A stretch of DNA of 63,016 nucleotides, the filler included, from Phoronis australis (Eukaryota > Animalia > Phoronida), in NCBI GenBank assembly GCA_002633005.1. It is 9 parts of 9 records of this genome, joined end to end, with 100 filler letters (N's around TTAATTAATTAA, not from the genome) between each part and the next. Parts side by side here need not be neighbours in the genome. Positions count along the whole stretch, not along the records: positions 1 to 11,760 come from NMRA01001677.1; positions 11,861 to 24,198 come from NMRA01000796.1; 7 more parts are not named here. One strand, written 5' to 3'. Each line of letters opens with the position of its first letter. Position 1 is the first letter of the stretch. Made by a program: the position numbers and the translations under genes. The notes under the pieces are model-generated. The model worked only from the letters and a program-made list of their open reading frames with translations. It was not told where the DNA came from and searched no databases. Shown here piece after piece: positions 1-12,228 of the stretch.

Positions 1-32
1 ATAGTCAGAGCACAGATACTTTCATCACCCAT

Positions 33-76
33 TCGCTGTTATGTACTATACTATCTATTATAGTACATAACAGCGA
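33..76. repeat. Perfect hairpin (18-bp arms), possible core of a small MITE
   Basis: TCGCTGTTATGTACTATA ... TATAGTACATAACAGCGA with an 8-nt loop; weaker inverted similarity extends to about 8-100. Confidence 0.6.
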
Positions 77-139
77 TTGGCTAATGAGAGTGCCTGTGGT
101 CAGTCTTCAAACAGCCAGCTAGTCCCAAGGATGGCTAGT

Positions 140-800
140 TAGACAGTGACCACCGTATCTACTGGTGGTGCCAGTAGAGACGGTGGAGCTCCTACAGAAT
201 CTTCATCCGGAAGCTTTTCAGTAAATTGTATCTCACACCGACTAAAACATCAAAGTCACATTGTTATAAATACCTTATGCGCATAGAGGAACACCTTAGG
301 AGGCCATCGATGTATTTAATTCCTTCCAACTCGAACAAATACTTTCGTTATCAAACTTTTTCTTGGCACTGGTTGGATATAATGGTCCCTGATTTAGAGA
401 ACCAGTTTCCTCCACTAAGTAATGAGACCATTATTTAGTGACTGCCTGGTTCTCTAAATCCGAGACCACTGTATCCGACCAGTGCACTTTTTCTTCGAGC
501 AGTCCGTTGTTCAGTTCCCGAAATTGGTAACTCGCCATTTTCACTCTGCACATGCCAGAGGAATGAGGGGATATGACATCAGATCACCTGCCGCGTGCAG
601 TGATAAAAATGTCGAGTTACCAATTTTGGGAGTTCAACGAGGGACTGCTCGAAGAAAAAGTTTGATAACTATTAACGGGAGTATTTGTTCGAGTTGGAAG
701 GAATTAAACATTGACAGCCTCCTAAAGGTGTCCCTCTATGCGCAAAAGGTATTTAACAACGTGACTTTAATGTTTTAGTCAGTCCGAGGCATAATGCACC
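140..800. mobile_element. Diverged copy of the long-TIR MULE-like MITE family (left arm +, truncated right arm -)
   Basis: Same arm sequence as 2297-3244 and 3652-4219 (CCGGAAGCTTTT...CACCGACTAAAACATCAAAGTCAC...CCTTCCAACTCGAACAAATA); inverted copy at about 600-800. Confidence 0.75.
365..486. mobile_element. 122-bp hairpin MITE nested in the larger MITE, 9-bp TSD
   Basis: About 40-bp imperfect TIRs (GGCACTGGTTGGATA...TTTAGAGAACCAG / CTGGTTCTCTAAA...TATCCGACCAGTGCA); CTTTTTCTT duplicated at 356-364 and 487-495; other family copies show the empty site AAACTTTTTCTTCGAGCAG. Confidence 0.85.
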
Positions 801-924
801 TTATAGCGTCCGACGTATGACTACTGGCGCCGTGGCGGTGCCAGTAGGCAGTTAGGCAACAGGTAGCCCATCGGTTGGTCGGTTTGCCTGCGGCATCCAG
901 GGCGATGTAATTGCCTAGTAGTAG

Positions 925-3611
925 TAGGGTGAGCAAACCAATATGGCAGAAATTCAGCAAGAGCGAAATTTAGCCATTTTTCATGATTTTCACAAGCTCA
1001 TATCTATTAGCATACTAAGTGGTGGAAAACGAAAAGTATGCCAGTGAAATATTCAATTTTTCTTCTTTCTATTGATATCCACTACAAAAACATTGGGCAT
1101 TAATGAGTATTTTTAAAAATTGAAGTACAGCGAGCACCTCACACATTTTTCACTCCCCGGTAAATTCTTGTGACTTATAGTAGGGGTCAAACTTTCAGCT
1201 GCTAAATGGCCTTTACTGAACTGATTTTAATGATATTTATATCAAATTGTTTGCTACAAAATTCTGCTTTCAACCCTGAGTGTACACTTTTTATTTTTTT
1301 GACAAAAATATGATAAAATGTACTTTTTTTAATTTACTGCCTCGCCACTCTCTCACCTGGAAAAATCCTGAAAGTGTACACTCAATGTCATAATCACCAA
1401 TCATGTCCTAATCCATTCCTGATCAATTTTTTCCACTTTGTTTCACTATTTCCATTTAGGATCACTTTTAATAAGGTAACTTCAGTCATTTTTCAAGAAC
1501 CACATTGACCTTTCCAGGGTTCAAACTAAACTCGAACCTGATTGGTCAAATGTATTCAACAGAACCAGTCAAAACTTCTCTAAATTACAAAAAGTGGCCC
1601 AAACCTGGTGAAATATTTTCATGAAAATAATATAGAATATTTTTAAAATTCTATTTACTTCAATTTTGGGGAAAGAGCCATTTTTTTATTTTCTTCAAAA
1701 ATATTTGTTGCTACACTTTTACTACCTCGTGGTGGCGCTGTGATCAGTTTCATTTTTAGAAAATTACATATTTCATAAAAATAATTGTTCAGTCAACGCT
1801 GCAGTGCATCAAAACATTTTAGAAAACAAATATGCATTTTTTGGATAGTCACCAACACAACACTTCTCAGTTTCTATTTTATTTGAAAGGAATGAAATTG
1901 ATTTAAAGTTTGTTGAAAGTTTTAGGGTCCAATTTAATTTTGTTTCATTAAAAATGCATATTGTTATTTTTATCATTTGGTGTGCAACTTAAGATTGTGA
2001 AAACATTGATCTTACTTGGGAAAAAAGATTAATTTACATAACCTCACAGGTTTTTAAAAAAATAACGAAATACTCTGAAAAAGACTAGGTTTCTGGTTTT
2101 TGCTCATTTTGGTTCAGCAAATTTCATTTTTAAGAATTATTTCAAACTCTTTTGGAGCAAAAGAAATATGTTCCCTAAGCCATAGTAATTCTTGAAGTGT
2201 TTTGTCATTTTCAAGGTAATAAGTTGCTCTCGTTTTAAAACATCACTTGTTCAACTTAGCTTCAGGGGCAAAAATGTCCCGTCACAAGTCGAAATGTAGG
2301 CAATGACCATCGCCTCTGTTGGCCCGACCAGAGGCGATGCAGCTCCTATAAGTGCTCCACACGCCGGAAGCTTTTTGGCGAATTATGCCTCGCACCGACT
2401 AAAACATCAAAGTCACGTTGTTATAAATACCTTTTGCGCATAGAGGAACACCTTAGGAGGTTGTCAATGTGTTTAATTCCTTCCAACTCGAACAAATAGT
2501 CGCGTTATCAAACTTTTTCTTCGAGCAGTCCCTATTTCAGTTCCCAAAATTGTGAACTCACCATTTTCACTCGGCGCACGCCAAGATATATGACCTAATT
2601 CTTTTAACCAGGCCGAAGCTCAGAATTTGCGGTCCTACCGGTGAACTTTGAAAGCTGAATTCCCCGCCCTCTGTGTATGTGCTGCCGGGAACCAGTCGTG
2701 CATTTGCCGTGTTGTTAAACATTAAAATGTCAAATATGTGCACAAAGACTATTAAATGTCATATCAACAGCATTTATTTTTATCAAATACAAACAATAAT
2801 TCATTGAAATACAGTCAGTTTCAAGTAACGCCAATTAAAGACAAGTAGTGGTGGCATTTTGGAAACAAACATTTGGACCGCAATGGCTCACTTTTGGCCT
2901 ATTTAAAGATTGAGGTTATTATGAAGTCACATCACCTAGCGAATGCAGTAAAAATTGGAGCGTGCACAGTATAAAAATGGTGAGTTCACAATTTTGGGAA
3001 CTGAAATAGGGACTGCTAGAAGAAAAAGTTTGATAACGTGAGTATTTGTTCGAGTTGGAAGTAATTAAACACATCGACAACCTCCTAATGTGTTCCTCTA
3101 TGCGCAAAAGGTATTTATAACAACGTGACTTTGATGTTTTAGTCAGTGCGAGTCATAATTTGCCAAAAAGCTTCCGGCTTATGGAGCAATTATAGGAGAT
3201 GCATCGCCTCTGGTCGGGCCAACAGAGGCGATGGTCATTGCCTAGTCGAAATGGTGAATTTTTCAATTTTTGTTGTCCTTGCTTGTGCAAAATATAATAA
3301 TTTGTGGTTTGGTGTCTATGCCATGTTGTTAACCTACTTGCAAAGGACTCTCCATCTTGTTTTAGGAACACAGTGAGCTATGGATTCCCAAATATAGTTG
3401 TCTAAACTTGCCATTTTCTGTGGCCTGGAATTTCTGGGTGCCGTTTGCTGAAAAAATGCCATTTTTGAGGCTCTAAAATTTAAATAACTCGAGAACCGCC
3501 CAACCGATTTTAAAAATTCATAAAGTTGTATAAACGACATGTCTAAAGCTATCATTTAACACTCTTTTCAAGTGTTTCTGATGAAATTTGTATTTGGGTT
3601 TGCTCACCCAA
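925..3611. mobile_element. Putative non-autonomous DNA transposon (hAT-like TAGGG end) hosting a MULE-like MITE
   Basis: Inverted ends TAGGGTGAGCAAACC (925) and GGTTTGCTCACCCAA (to 3611); AT-rich non-coding interior; no clean TSD found. Confidence 0.45.
2297..3244. mobile_element. Non-autonomous Mutator/MULE-like element with about 280-bp TIRs
   Basis: TAGGCAATGACC...GGTCATTGCCTA termini; perfect 9-bp TSD GTCGAAATG at 2288-2296 and 3245-3253. Confidence 0.9.
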
Positions 3612-3651
3612 CTAGTACTCGTAGGCAGTAGACGCAGTGCGTGGCTAGTAG

Positions 3652-4219
3652 TAGGCAATGACCATCGCCTCTGTTGGCCCGAACCAGAGGCGATGCAGCT
3701 CCTATAGGTGCTCTGTACGCCGGAAGCTTTTCGGCGAATTATGCCTCTCACCGACTAAACCATCAAAGTCACGTTGTTATAAATACCTTTTGCGCATAGA
3801 GAAACACCTTAGGAGGTTGGCGATGTGTTTAGTTCCTTCCAATTCGAACAAATACTCCTGTTATCAAACTTTTTCTTCGAGCAGTCCCTATTTCAGTTCC
3901 CAAAATCGTGAACTCAACATTTTCACTCGGCGCACGCGAAGAGATTCTTTTAACCAGGCCGAAGGTCAGAAGTTGCGGTCCTACTCGAAGAAAAAGTTTG
4001 ATAACGGGAGTATTTGTTCGAATTGGAAGGAACTAAACACATCGACAACCTCCTAGTCCTAAGGTGTTTCTCTATGCGCAAAAGGTATTTATAACAATGT
4101 GACTTTGATGGTTTAGTCGGTGCGAGGCATAATTCGCCGAAAAGCTTCCGGCGTACAGAGCGCCTATAGGAGCTGCATCGCCTCTGGTTTGGGCCAACAG
4201 AGGCGATGGTCATTGCCTA
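3652..4219. mobile_element. Second MULE-like MITE copy, internally deleted, almost a pure palindrome
   Basis: Same termini; TSD GGCTAGTAG (3643-3651) / GGCTAGTAT (4220-4228), 8 of 9 match. Confidence 0.88.
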
Positions 4220-5882
4220 GGCTAGTATCGTCCGGTTACCTATTGTCGTCAGGCTCCAAAGGTCGTCCGCCATCTTGTTTCGCGTGCAGCGCAACCACGC
4301 GGGACTTAGCGTTCCAATTTGGAGTGCTCGTGTGCACGTTAGGTACTAACTTATCGGAAGAGACACGTATCAAAGTAATGAGACAAAAATCGGTGAGTTT
4401 ACCGATTGTTTTTTAAAACCACTTAAAAATCAGTAGATTTTACTAATACACTTTTTTGTGCGTTTTCAGAAGATGTTTTCGAATTTAAATTTTCTTCCGA
4501 CGGGACACAAAACATGATCCAGGGTTTGTTTATGCAATGTATCTGTTTGTCCCAGGCACTAGTAGGATCTAGAAGGCCAAAGGAAAAATCCGCAGACAAA
4601 TGCGATACGCTGGGTTCTTAACATTTTTGCCTCACGTTCACCATTAAACTGCATTGAAATGTTGTCCAATTGGCTTTTATTGGAAACCACAGTGCAGAGC
4701 TCAACATCAAAACTTCAAATCGAGTTTATGTCAATAAAAACAGGCTGTTGCAATTTTCATTACTTCGTTGGCCTTTTTCTGCATGTTTCTCAGTTTTTAC
4801 AAAAGGGGGCAGCATATGACGAACTTAGGTGTCACAATAAAATGGCTGCCGAAGGCAGTGCACATTTGAAATAACTCGGCACAAATTAAAGAAAACTTCC
4901 GAATCGATGAATGCGGTATATCTGTGAGAGTTAAATCGAATCCTATTCAGATCATAACTTTGAAGTGGAATAATTCGGTGAGTACAACAGCAAGTCGGTT
5001 TTATGCTTAGGCGGACGAACATTGGGTTCCCCAGTATACTAGTATGAAGTGAAGAATCAAGCACTATTGGTCTTAGAGTATTTGTCACCCCTGATGACGT
5101 GATGGATATCACTGCAGAATATGAAAGATTAGACAAGCTGGTTGTACTTTTACCTGTCCAAAAACCTGTAAGCCCCATCTACCTCGTTGTTACGAACTAA
5201 CACTGTTCGTGACAGAAACTGAACGTGCGCACGACCAACCATTTTTGCCGTGGGTGTCGTTCGTTCTGCCATACTTCCGGTACACGAAACTTTTTTGTCA
5301 ATATTTCCATCAATAGACTTTGAATTACACGAGTGTGCAGAATTATTACAGAATAAATCTTCATATTCAGTAAAAATTTTGGTATAAATTGAAGGATCCT
5401 TAAATAATGCCTCGTCAATATCTGCCGCAAATTACCGTCATTCGGTCGCATGGCGGTGCGGCGCGAAGCTGAAGATAGTCGGAGTTCGTCGTAAGTTTTT
5501 GCCTCATTCACACTGTAGACTGTATCTATTGTTACGTAAATGGCTCCTAATACGTATTGAATGTTTGAAGAAGTAGGGTTTATCTTTACATTTTCTCACG
5601 TCGCTTGTGTAGAGGTTTTTTACAACGAATGCCATGTCTTACGTTAGGTGTTCATATTGGCCAGACAGCGTTATTTTTAGCCACTTGGGTATTTCCCCTG
5701 TTACTGTTGACTCTTTTAGAACTAGCCTTTTCTGGTCAAATGCAGTTTCATGCTTTGCCTATTGCGTGTTTAGAAAATTAAGTAAGTATGCAATTTTCAC
5801 TGAATTAATTACAATACTTGTTTCAAACTTGACGCAGTGTGCCTATTAGTATGATTACGGTAATAAGATGACCACTCTATTA

Positions 5883-6709
5883 CAGTACACATAGTGTACC
5901 TAATTATCGGACGGAACCTAAATATCGGACATTTCAAAAAATCTTACTTGAAGCATAATCTGAGAGTTAAATGACACCAATTGTTGTTCCGTTGTAATGC
6001 ATTCAATGTCCGGCACCGTCTCGTTTTTTTACAGCGTTGCCTCGTTTTGATTTCACCGAGAGAGGGTGCAATTTAGACCCCCCAGTCGGCCTAAACTGGA
6101 CGATCGCATAAATCGGTTATAAAAGTTGAAAATAAAATCTTTTTCCACAATGAAACTTTCTCACTGAACTGACAATATGTTACTGTTCCATTTTTTTATT
6201 TGTTTTTAAACTCAAGTCAAACCCCGACCGCGCACGTGCGGGTGTCATATCAAGAAGCCAAAGTGATAATAAAAACTGCAGTGAGTTTGCACGTGCTTTA
6301 GTCGTCTGCACTAATTCATCGAAATGACTTGGCGCCGTCATCAGATTTCATTTCATGGATAATTTTGTTGCGAATGGACCTGTGTTCTAGCAGCATATAT
6401 GTCAAAACACTCGAGCTGAAATTTGGCTACAAGGTGCCCGCGGCCATTACGTGGTTAGTCAGTTTTCCGCGGTGTGGCGTATGGGGAAACATGGTGTCCG
6501 ATATTTAGGTTCTCCGAAGGTTTGCTTGTTGTGTTTTTTAAAGTTCAGTCGGAACATAAATGTGGCTTTCGGTGACAAGATATAGTAACACAACAATTCT
6601 ATAAAGGTAATTCTTTATTTCAGCAAAGAATTTACAACAATCCGTAGTATTTTCAATTAAATATAATGTAAAATGTGCCAAAACGTCCGATAATTAGGTC
6701 ACTTGACTG
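5883..6709. mobile_element. Tc1/mariner-pogo-like MITE
   Basis: TA-CAGT...ACTG-TA ends; inverted core ACCTAATTATCGGACG / CGTCCGATAATTAGGT; subterminal AACCTAAATATCGGACA is also inverted near 6495. Confidence 0.65.
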
Positions 6710-8348
6710 TATTATTAGTATTGGTAGTCTACTAGTACTGTTGTCTGTAGTCTACCACATTCAGCACAGCACTGGGAATTTCATTGCTTTACTGAAGATA
6801 TTGGAATCAGCATACCCTCGCTCTACAGTGTACGACTGGAAAGTTTTCACTGACTAGAAGCAGAAATGTATACGATTGAACAACAATGTATTGAAAATTA
6901 ATTCTTTATTTTCTCTTAATTCACTACGATATCTATCGAAACATTTTGTTTTAGGGTACCTGCCATGCCACGCTTTTATGAGTCAGGTGTTGTTGTCTTC
7001 TATATTTATTGTGAAATTTTAGCCCAGCAAAATATGTTTTATTATACTGTTACATAGTTTGCTGAAATGCTACAGAATTTATCTGGAATTTTAAAAAAGG
7101 TACGAAAACTTGCTGCTATCATTTTAAGAAAAAAAAACACGTGTGTGGCCTAATGTCATTTGCGGTATATCACGTGCGTAGGCCTCATGGTTGGGCCCAT
7201 GGCACTGAACACCTGAACTGGCAGCTAAAAACACGAGAGCCACATTATGGTTCTTTGTGAAGGAAGTTTTCAAGTCTTCCTGTTTTGACCTTTAAGAAAA
7301 CTGACACATTTTTGGTCGTCCATGATTTTGAGGGCGGCAACTGACATATATTCAGCCAGCTCTATTTTTGATTGATACACCATAAATCTATACCAGAATG
7401 TGGAGCACTTAACCATCCCTACTTTGTGTAACTCCGACGCCTATTTTCGGTTTCAACCTCAACCCCACTCATGCCATGCTGACGAGACGCGGTTTGGTGA
7501 CATCTTTCAGGAGGTGGTGGTAGTTTCATCAGTTTGACTCAAGGCATCGATATTGTTCTGGGAAAGCCTAATTAGTTCTGACCAGATATACACGGCCAGT
7601 CGTTACCATGTCTGGTGGAGGTTTCAACTTTGCATTAGGTGGGTCGTCGACGTCCACACCCANCACATTCATACAACAGTTGAAGCTTTGAATACTAAAA
7701 AACAATGTAAGGCACATGTCTGCAATTGATGTTGTGTCTGTGGTTCTGCACTACAGGTCACTGGTCATAATGCCATTGGAAAGGGTAATCAGTTGGATGA
7801 GCGAAGTGGTTGTAGAATGGCTGGCTTAACCCAAAGTTGTCATCTACAAGGATGTGCAATATTTGGGTTAGCAGACACCAACACGTCAATACACTCTGAT
7901 ACACTGCATCTTCACAGATTTTTCTAATGCAGTTACGTATCTAAAAAAACCATTGTGATGCTATGGTGACTTTCTTAGTTTCTCCAGAACATATTGTTAA
8001 GAGGTACAAAAGCTGAAATTAAACATCGACTCAGTTATCTAGAGAATCAAACTGTTGATTGCATTGGGTTATAGAGGTCAAAGGTCAGATGGGACGAGCT
8101 GCAGCTACAACTTGAGCTGTTAATACAAGCATGCGATTTTCTATAATTATCTACCTCACTATAGATTTATTCGTATAATCATCTTTTTTCTGAAATTGTA
8201 ACAACTGAAATGGAAACATTCCAGGCATACAGCAAGTAAATAAAGGACTTGGGAGAAAAACAAATATTTTTCAGTCCTACAGGAGTAACTTGTGAGACCC
8301 AGTTTGATAGCGTCTGCAACCCTTATATCTACAAAAGCCAGAACATAC

Positions 8349-8422
8349 CTCTTGGTTGCCTGAGAGGCTCCACTTCAGCTGGCAGTATTTTAACAGATGG
8401 CGCTGCAGGAGGAAGGCGTTTT
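8349..8422 (-). CDS. DUF4587 (C21orf58/PRR29-like) gene, exon e (KRLPPAAPSVKILPAEVEPLRQPR)
   Basis: Polypyrimidine tract plus TAG acceptor, GTATGT donor; phase 2 start matches the preceding exon; downstream exon not resolved. Confidence 0.65.
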
Positions 8423-9062
8423 CTATACAAAAAAACAGAAATAAACAATAGGTGAATTGCATTGTTTGCTTGGAGGGGGTAACTAGTCTGCATAGTACCT
8501 TAGTGGTAATAATTCATGGGTGTTGACCACACATCACAAGCCTTTTGAAAGTGATATGCAAGGTCAGTGAATGTAGTTGTTTGTGAACCCAGTTGTTAAC
8601 TATACAACTGCCTCAGTTAACACCACTTAACAAAGGGTTTATGATCCTGGCTGAGAACAGAACTGTTTTATTACCCCATATGGGTTTTGAATAGCCAAGC
8701 CCAGAATGTGTACTGTCCAAAACCAGATGAGAAAGTAATGCAAAATTAATTCTGAGATAAATGTGAACAATAAACCTGGTAAACATGGCTTTATAAAGCA
8801 TCAGCCCCATTTGATTACAGGCATGTGAACAACAGCAAGTGACAAGAGTGACTTTTACAACACCTTTTTATACAAGTGAGTGGTTCACAGATTAAACGGT
8901 TCTGGTAGTCAAATTGAAATTTTAACTGGCCTACCTAGATTAAACATTGTGCACAAAAAAACATCAGAAAGATTTTAGAGAACCCAACTCTATACTTGGA
9001 CTTAAAAAGTTGGCATGTGACAGGCCAAAATGATATGTGAGGAAACATGGATGGCTACGTAC

Positions 9063-9172
9063 TCCAATGGAGGAAGATGAGTCACATGATTGATGTAGGG
9101 TCTTGTAGGCTCCACGTGTTGGGTCGTTGTATAGTGGTGATGATGGACAGATGGTGGACGACGGTCAGGCAT
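9063..9172 (-). CDS. DUF4587-like gene, exon d (MPDRRPPSVHHHHY...THLPPL)
   Basis: CAG acceptor, GTACGT donor, phase 0 to 2; the PPSVHHHH motif recalls C21orf58. Confidence 0.7.
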
Positions 9173-9408
9173 CTGGAGCAGAGTGAGATTAGGAATATAG
9201 TTAAAGAAAGAGCAGAAATAGTTCAAATAGTCGAGACTTGAGTGCCGAGATCAGTCACTAACATTACTAGTACAAAAACTTCTCAACAGAAGGAGGACAC
9301 AAAATTGTTTCCAACACCCCAGTTTGAACTCATTGCACAGACCTTCAAACTTTGAAATTGCAAATATGCCAACATACCAAATGGTGTGGGTTTTAATTTC
9401 CTCTTTAC

Positions 9409-9569
9409 CTGTATATATTGTGGTTGTTGGTGTGCTTGTTGCAAGGCCATCAGAGGTATGGTGAACTTGGGTGAGTTGTTTTGTTGTGGTTGCAATGACT
9501 GGTACATCATTTGTCTCATCATGTGTTGATGAAGTTGTGCATTCTCCATCATCATCATCTCCATGTAAT
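9409..9569 (-). CDS. DUF4587-like gene, exon c (DYMEMMMMENAQLHQHMMRQMM...)
   Basis: CAG / GTAAAG splice sites, phase 1 to 0; peptide resembles the DUF4587 core as recalled (EDMVELMLMQNAQMHQ...). Confidence 0.72.
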
Positions 9570-9699
9570 CTGTACAACACAAAGGTGAAGAGAGTAGTTG
9601 ATGAGATTATATAGGCATACACAGCCTCTCTATTGAAAGTAGAAGAACTGCCACAGTTACAAGACTCTCCATGTGAATAGCAGACAGATTGGCAAGGCA

Positions 9700-9832
9700 A
9701 TGTAGACTTTATATAAATAGTACACAAAGTACTAAACTCTATCAAAAGCAGATGGATTGACAAGGCTATGTAGACTTTATATAAATAGTACACAAAGTAC
9801 TAAACTCTATCAAAAGCAGATGGATTGACAAG
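9700..9832. repeat. Intronic direct duplication of about 65 bp
   Basis: ATGTAGACTTTATATAAATAGTACACAAAG...GGATTGACAAG present twice, period 68. Confidence 0.9.
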
Positions 9833-9880
9833 TATACAATAGATTCTTGAGCATATAAAAGCATGAATCTTTAAACTGAC

Positions 9881-10078
9881 CTGATTTGCTCCATTTCTGT
9901 GTAGGTTCTTGTATGTAAACTGACGGTTGAGGTGGTGCTGGTGGTAGTGGTGCTGGTGGTTGTGTGATGTAAGTCGGTGGTTGAAGGACTCTGATTTGTG
10001 GATCTGGAGCTTCAACAAACTTAATGGATGGCGACCTCTCCAGGGGTTCTAACACAACTGGTTTCAGATGTTTCTTGC
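9881..10078 (-). CDS. DUF4587-like gene, Pro-rich exon b
   Basis: TTTTATTTCAG acceptor, GTCAGT donor, 198 nt, phase 1 to 1, open frame (KKHLKPVVLEPLERSP...PPAPLPPAPPQP). Confidence 0.72.
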
Positions 10079-10303
10079 CTGAAATAAAAAACTTTTACGT
10101 AAATTTTATCACACAAAATAATTGTAAAGGAATACAAACTAACCACTGCAGATAACTCAAACTAAAACAATAGTTTCAAAGTTGGTACAGCCTGGCTGGG
10201 CTTCAATTGTAAGTGCAAGAGTCGTTATTGCAGACTTAGAGATTACTGAAGAAAGCAGCATTGACATGATTGATTTATGACCAAAAGATACATTTTTCCC
10301 TAC

Positions 10304-10427
10304 TTGTTTGCTCAGGTAATGACCTTCTAGATGAAGGTCTTGGTGAAGGTGTTGAATACAGCTCCTTGCGATTGTCGGCACTGTGTGAGCGATGTCTATT
10401 GTAGTCATTCAACGACTGTTCTGTCAT
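10304..10427 (-). CDS. DUF4587-like gene, exon a (MTEQSLNDYNRHRSHS...)
   Basis: TTTTCAG acceptor directly before ATG, GTAGG donor, 124 nt, phase compatible with exon b. Confidence 0.65.
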
Positions 10428-10660
10428 CTGAAAACAGAGGACAGAAAAGAGAGGGATTTACTCCTTAACAATTTTACAAAAATATGATAAAATGTCATCA
10501 ATTTCAGAAAAAAATATAAACTTCATTTTTCAAAGTCTTTAAACATTGTTGTGAATGCCCAGTTTTTTCCAAAATATTTTCTGTTGGTAGCTATGGTAAC
10601 AGATCGTGAACAAAGCATTGATCTGATGCTGCATGTGTTTTATGGAAAAATGAGAAAATT

Positions 10661-10981
10661 TCACTAGTCTGCCATCTGGTGTCCATACTTAAAGCAACAT
10701 GAATAGTCACTAGTCTGCCATCTGGTGTCCATACTTAAAGCAACATGAATAGTCACTAGTCTGCCATCTGGTGTCCTTACTTAAAGCAACATGAATAGTC
10801 ACTAGTCTGCTATCTGGTGTCCATACTTAAAGCAACATGAATAGTCACTAGTCTGCCATCTGGTGTCCATACTTAAAGCAACATGAATAGTCACTAGTCT
10901 GCCATCTGGTGTCCATACTTAAAGCAACATGAATAGTCACTAGTCTGCCATCTTGTGTCCCTACTTAAAGCAACATGAATA
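10661..10981. repeat. 46-bp minisatellite, 7 copies
   Basis: Unit TCACTAGTCTGCCATCTGGTGTCCATACTTAAAGCAACATGAATAG, nearly identical copies. Confidence 0.97.
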
Positions 10982-11760
10982 AGCCAACTAACACCTTTGT
11001 TGCTACATAACTATGCAAAAGCTTCTCAACTGAATTGAGCTTCGTCATAACTGGCCGCCAAATCATTTTTCATATGGTGACTCTATCAAACTCTACACAG
11101 TATTTACCTAAGTCAGGGTTGCCAGCACATTAAGCACATAATCATTAACCTTCACACTGAAAATACATTTTACAAGTGATTTCCAAGATTTTCAGATGTT
11201 TAAATTTCAATTATATGATGGTGTTATGCGCCCCAAAGCAAAAATTATTCATTTTCTAGGTAAATTTATGTAAATTTAGATGACATACTAAACAATTTTG
11301 AAAACAAATAACAATTTTCAGTTTGATATCCTGTTTAACTAAAAAGATTACCATCATAGTGATATCTCTCCATCATACTATACAGTCATATTTCAATTTG
11401 AATCTCTCAACCATATCAACCATACTATACATGCAGTCATCATAAAATTACCATAGTGATATCTCTCCATCATACTACACAGTCATCTTAGTCTATCTTT
11501 ATATCATGAAATGTTCCCAAACATGTGCTTATAAATTCCAGTATTAAATAAATAAAACAATTAGCAACTTTGTCATAATGTTTTCAAAGAGCACTATTTA
11601 CTTTCAGTGTTTGAACAAAAATACAACTTGACGAAGTGTGACATGAATCAGTTTCATGGTTCCACCACACTCAACAATTGTCGTGACTCACCCTTAATTC
11701 TGTTCATTAGAATAATGGTTCCACCACACAACACACCACTCACCCTTATTCTGTCCATTA

Positions 11761-11860
11761 NNNNNNNNNNNNNNNNNNNNNNNNNNNNNNNNNNNNNNNN
11801 NNNNTTAATTAATTAANNNNNNNNNNNNNNNNNNNNNNNNNNNNNNNNNNNNNNNNNNNN
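11761..11860. other. Artificial contig-joining spacer
   Basis: N44-TTAATTAATTAA-N44 (stop codons in all six frames); the identical spacer occurs 8 times in the window. Confidence 0.97.
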
Positions 11861-12228
11861 GCCCCGTGCCGTCCTGCGGTCTTGTTATTTAGCCCTGTAG
11901 TGTAGAGCGCAGACGACCAGTGACCACGCAGCCTCTGCTTGGATTGCAACTATTTCATCTTGCTAAAGTGCGCGCGTGCAAGCTTCACATGTTGCAGAGG
12001 TCACAGCAGACATCAGGTTTATGGTTACAGTCTCGTACTAGCTGCCAAGTTCATAGTCAGAGAGCAGTTTTAAAATTGGTTGTAATAAAAGTTTGAAAAC
12101 CTTGATTCAGATGCTTTTTGTGTTTGGGATGTTTATAGTCAACACACCGTGACTCAATGACATTTTCAGCGTATGGTTCTGTGGCTTGCTGTTTTATCTC
12201 GACTGCCCGGCATTGCTGACTTGCCGTT

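Noticed and set aside
226-4416. Family of short related ORFs (MRIEEHLRR..., MTIASVGP..., MRGIIRRKASG...) as a peptide gene family
   Set aside because: They are translations of MITE terminal inverted repeats; frames and stops are not conserved between copies
9251-9793. 180-aa single-exon ORF
   Set aside because: Overlaps the DUF4587-like exon in another frame and runs through intronic duplicated sequence
10661-10981. CRISPR-like regular repeats (also 18197-18434 and 60897-61350)
   Set aside because: Units are head-to-tail with no variable spacers; these are minisatellites
11805-11816. TTAATTAATTAA as a biological motif or recombination site
   Set aside because: Always centred in exactly 88 Ns; an assembly or concatenation spacer
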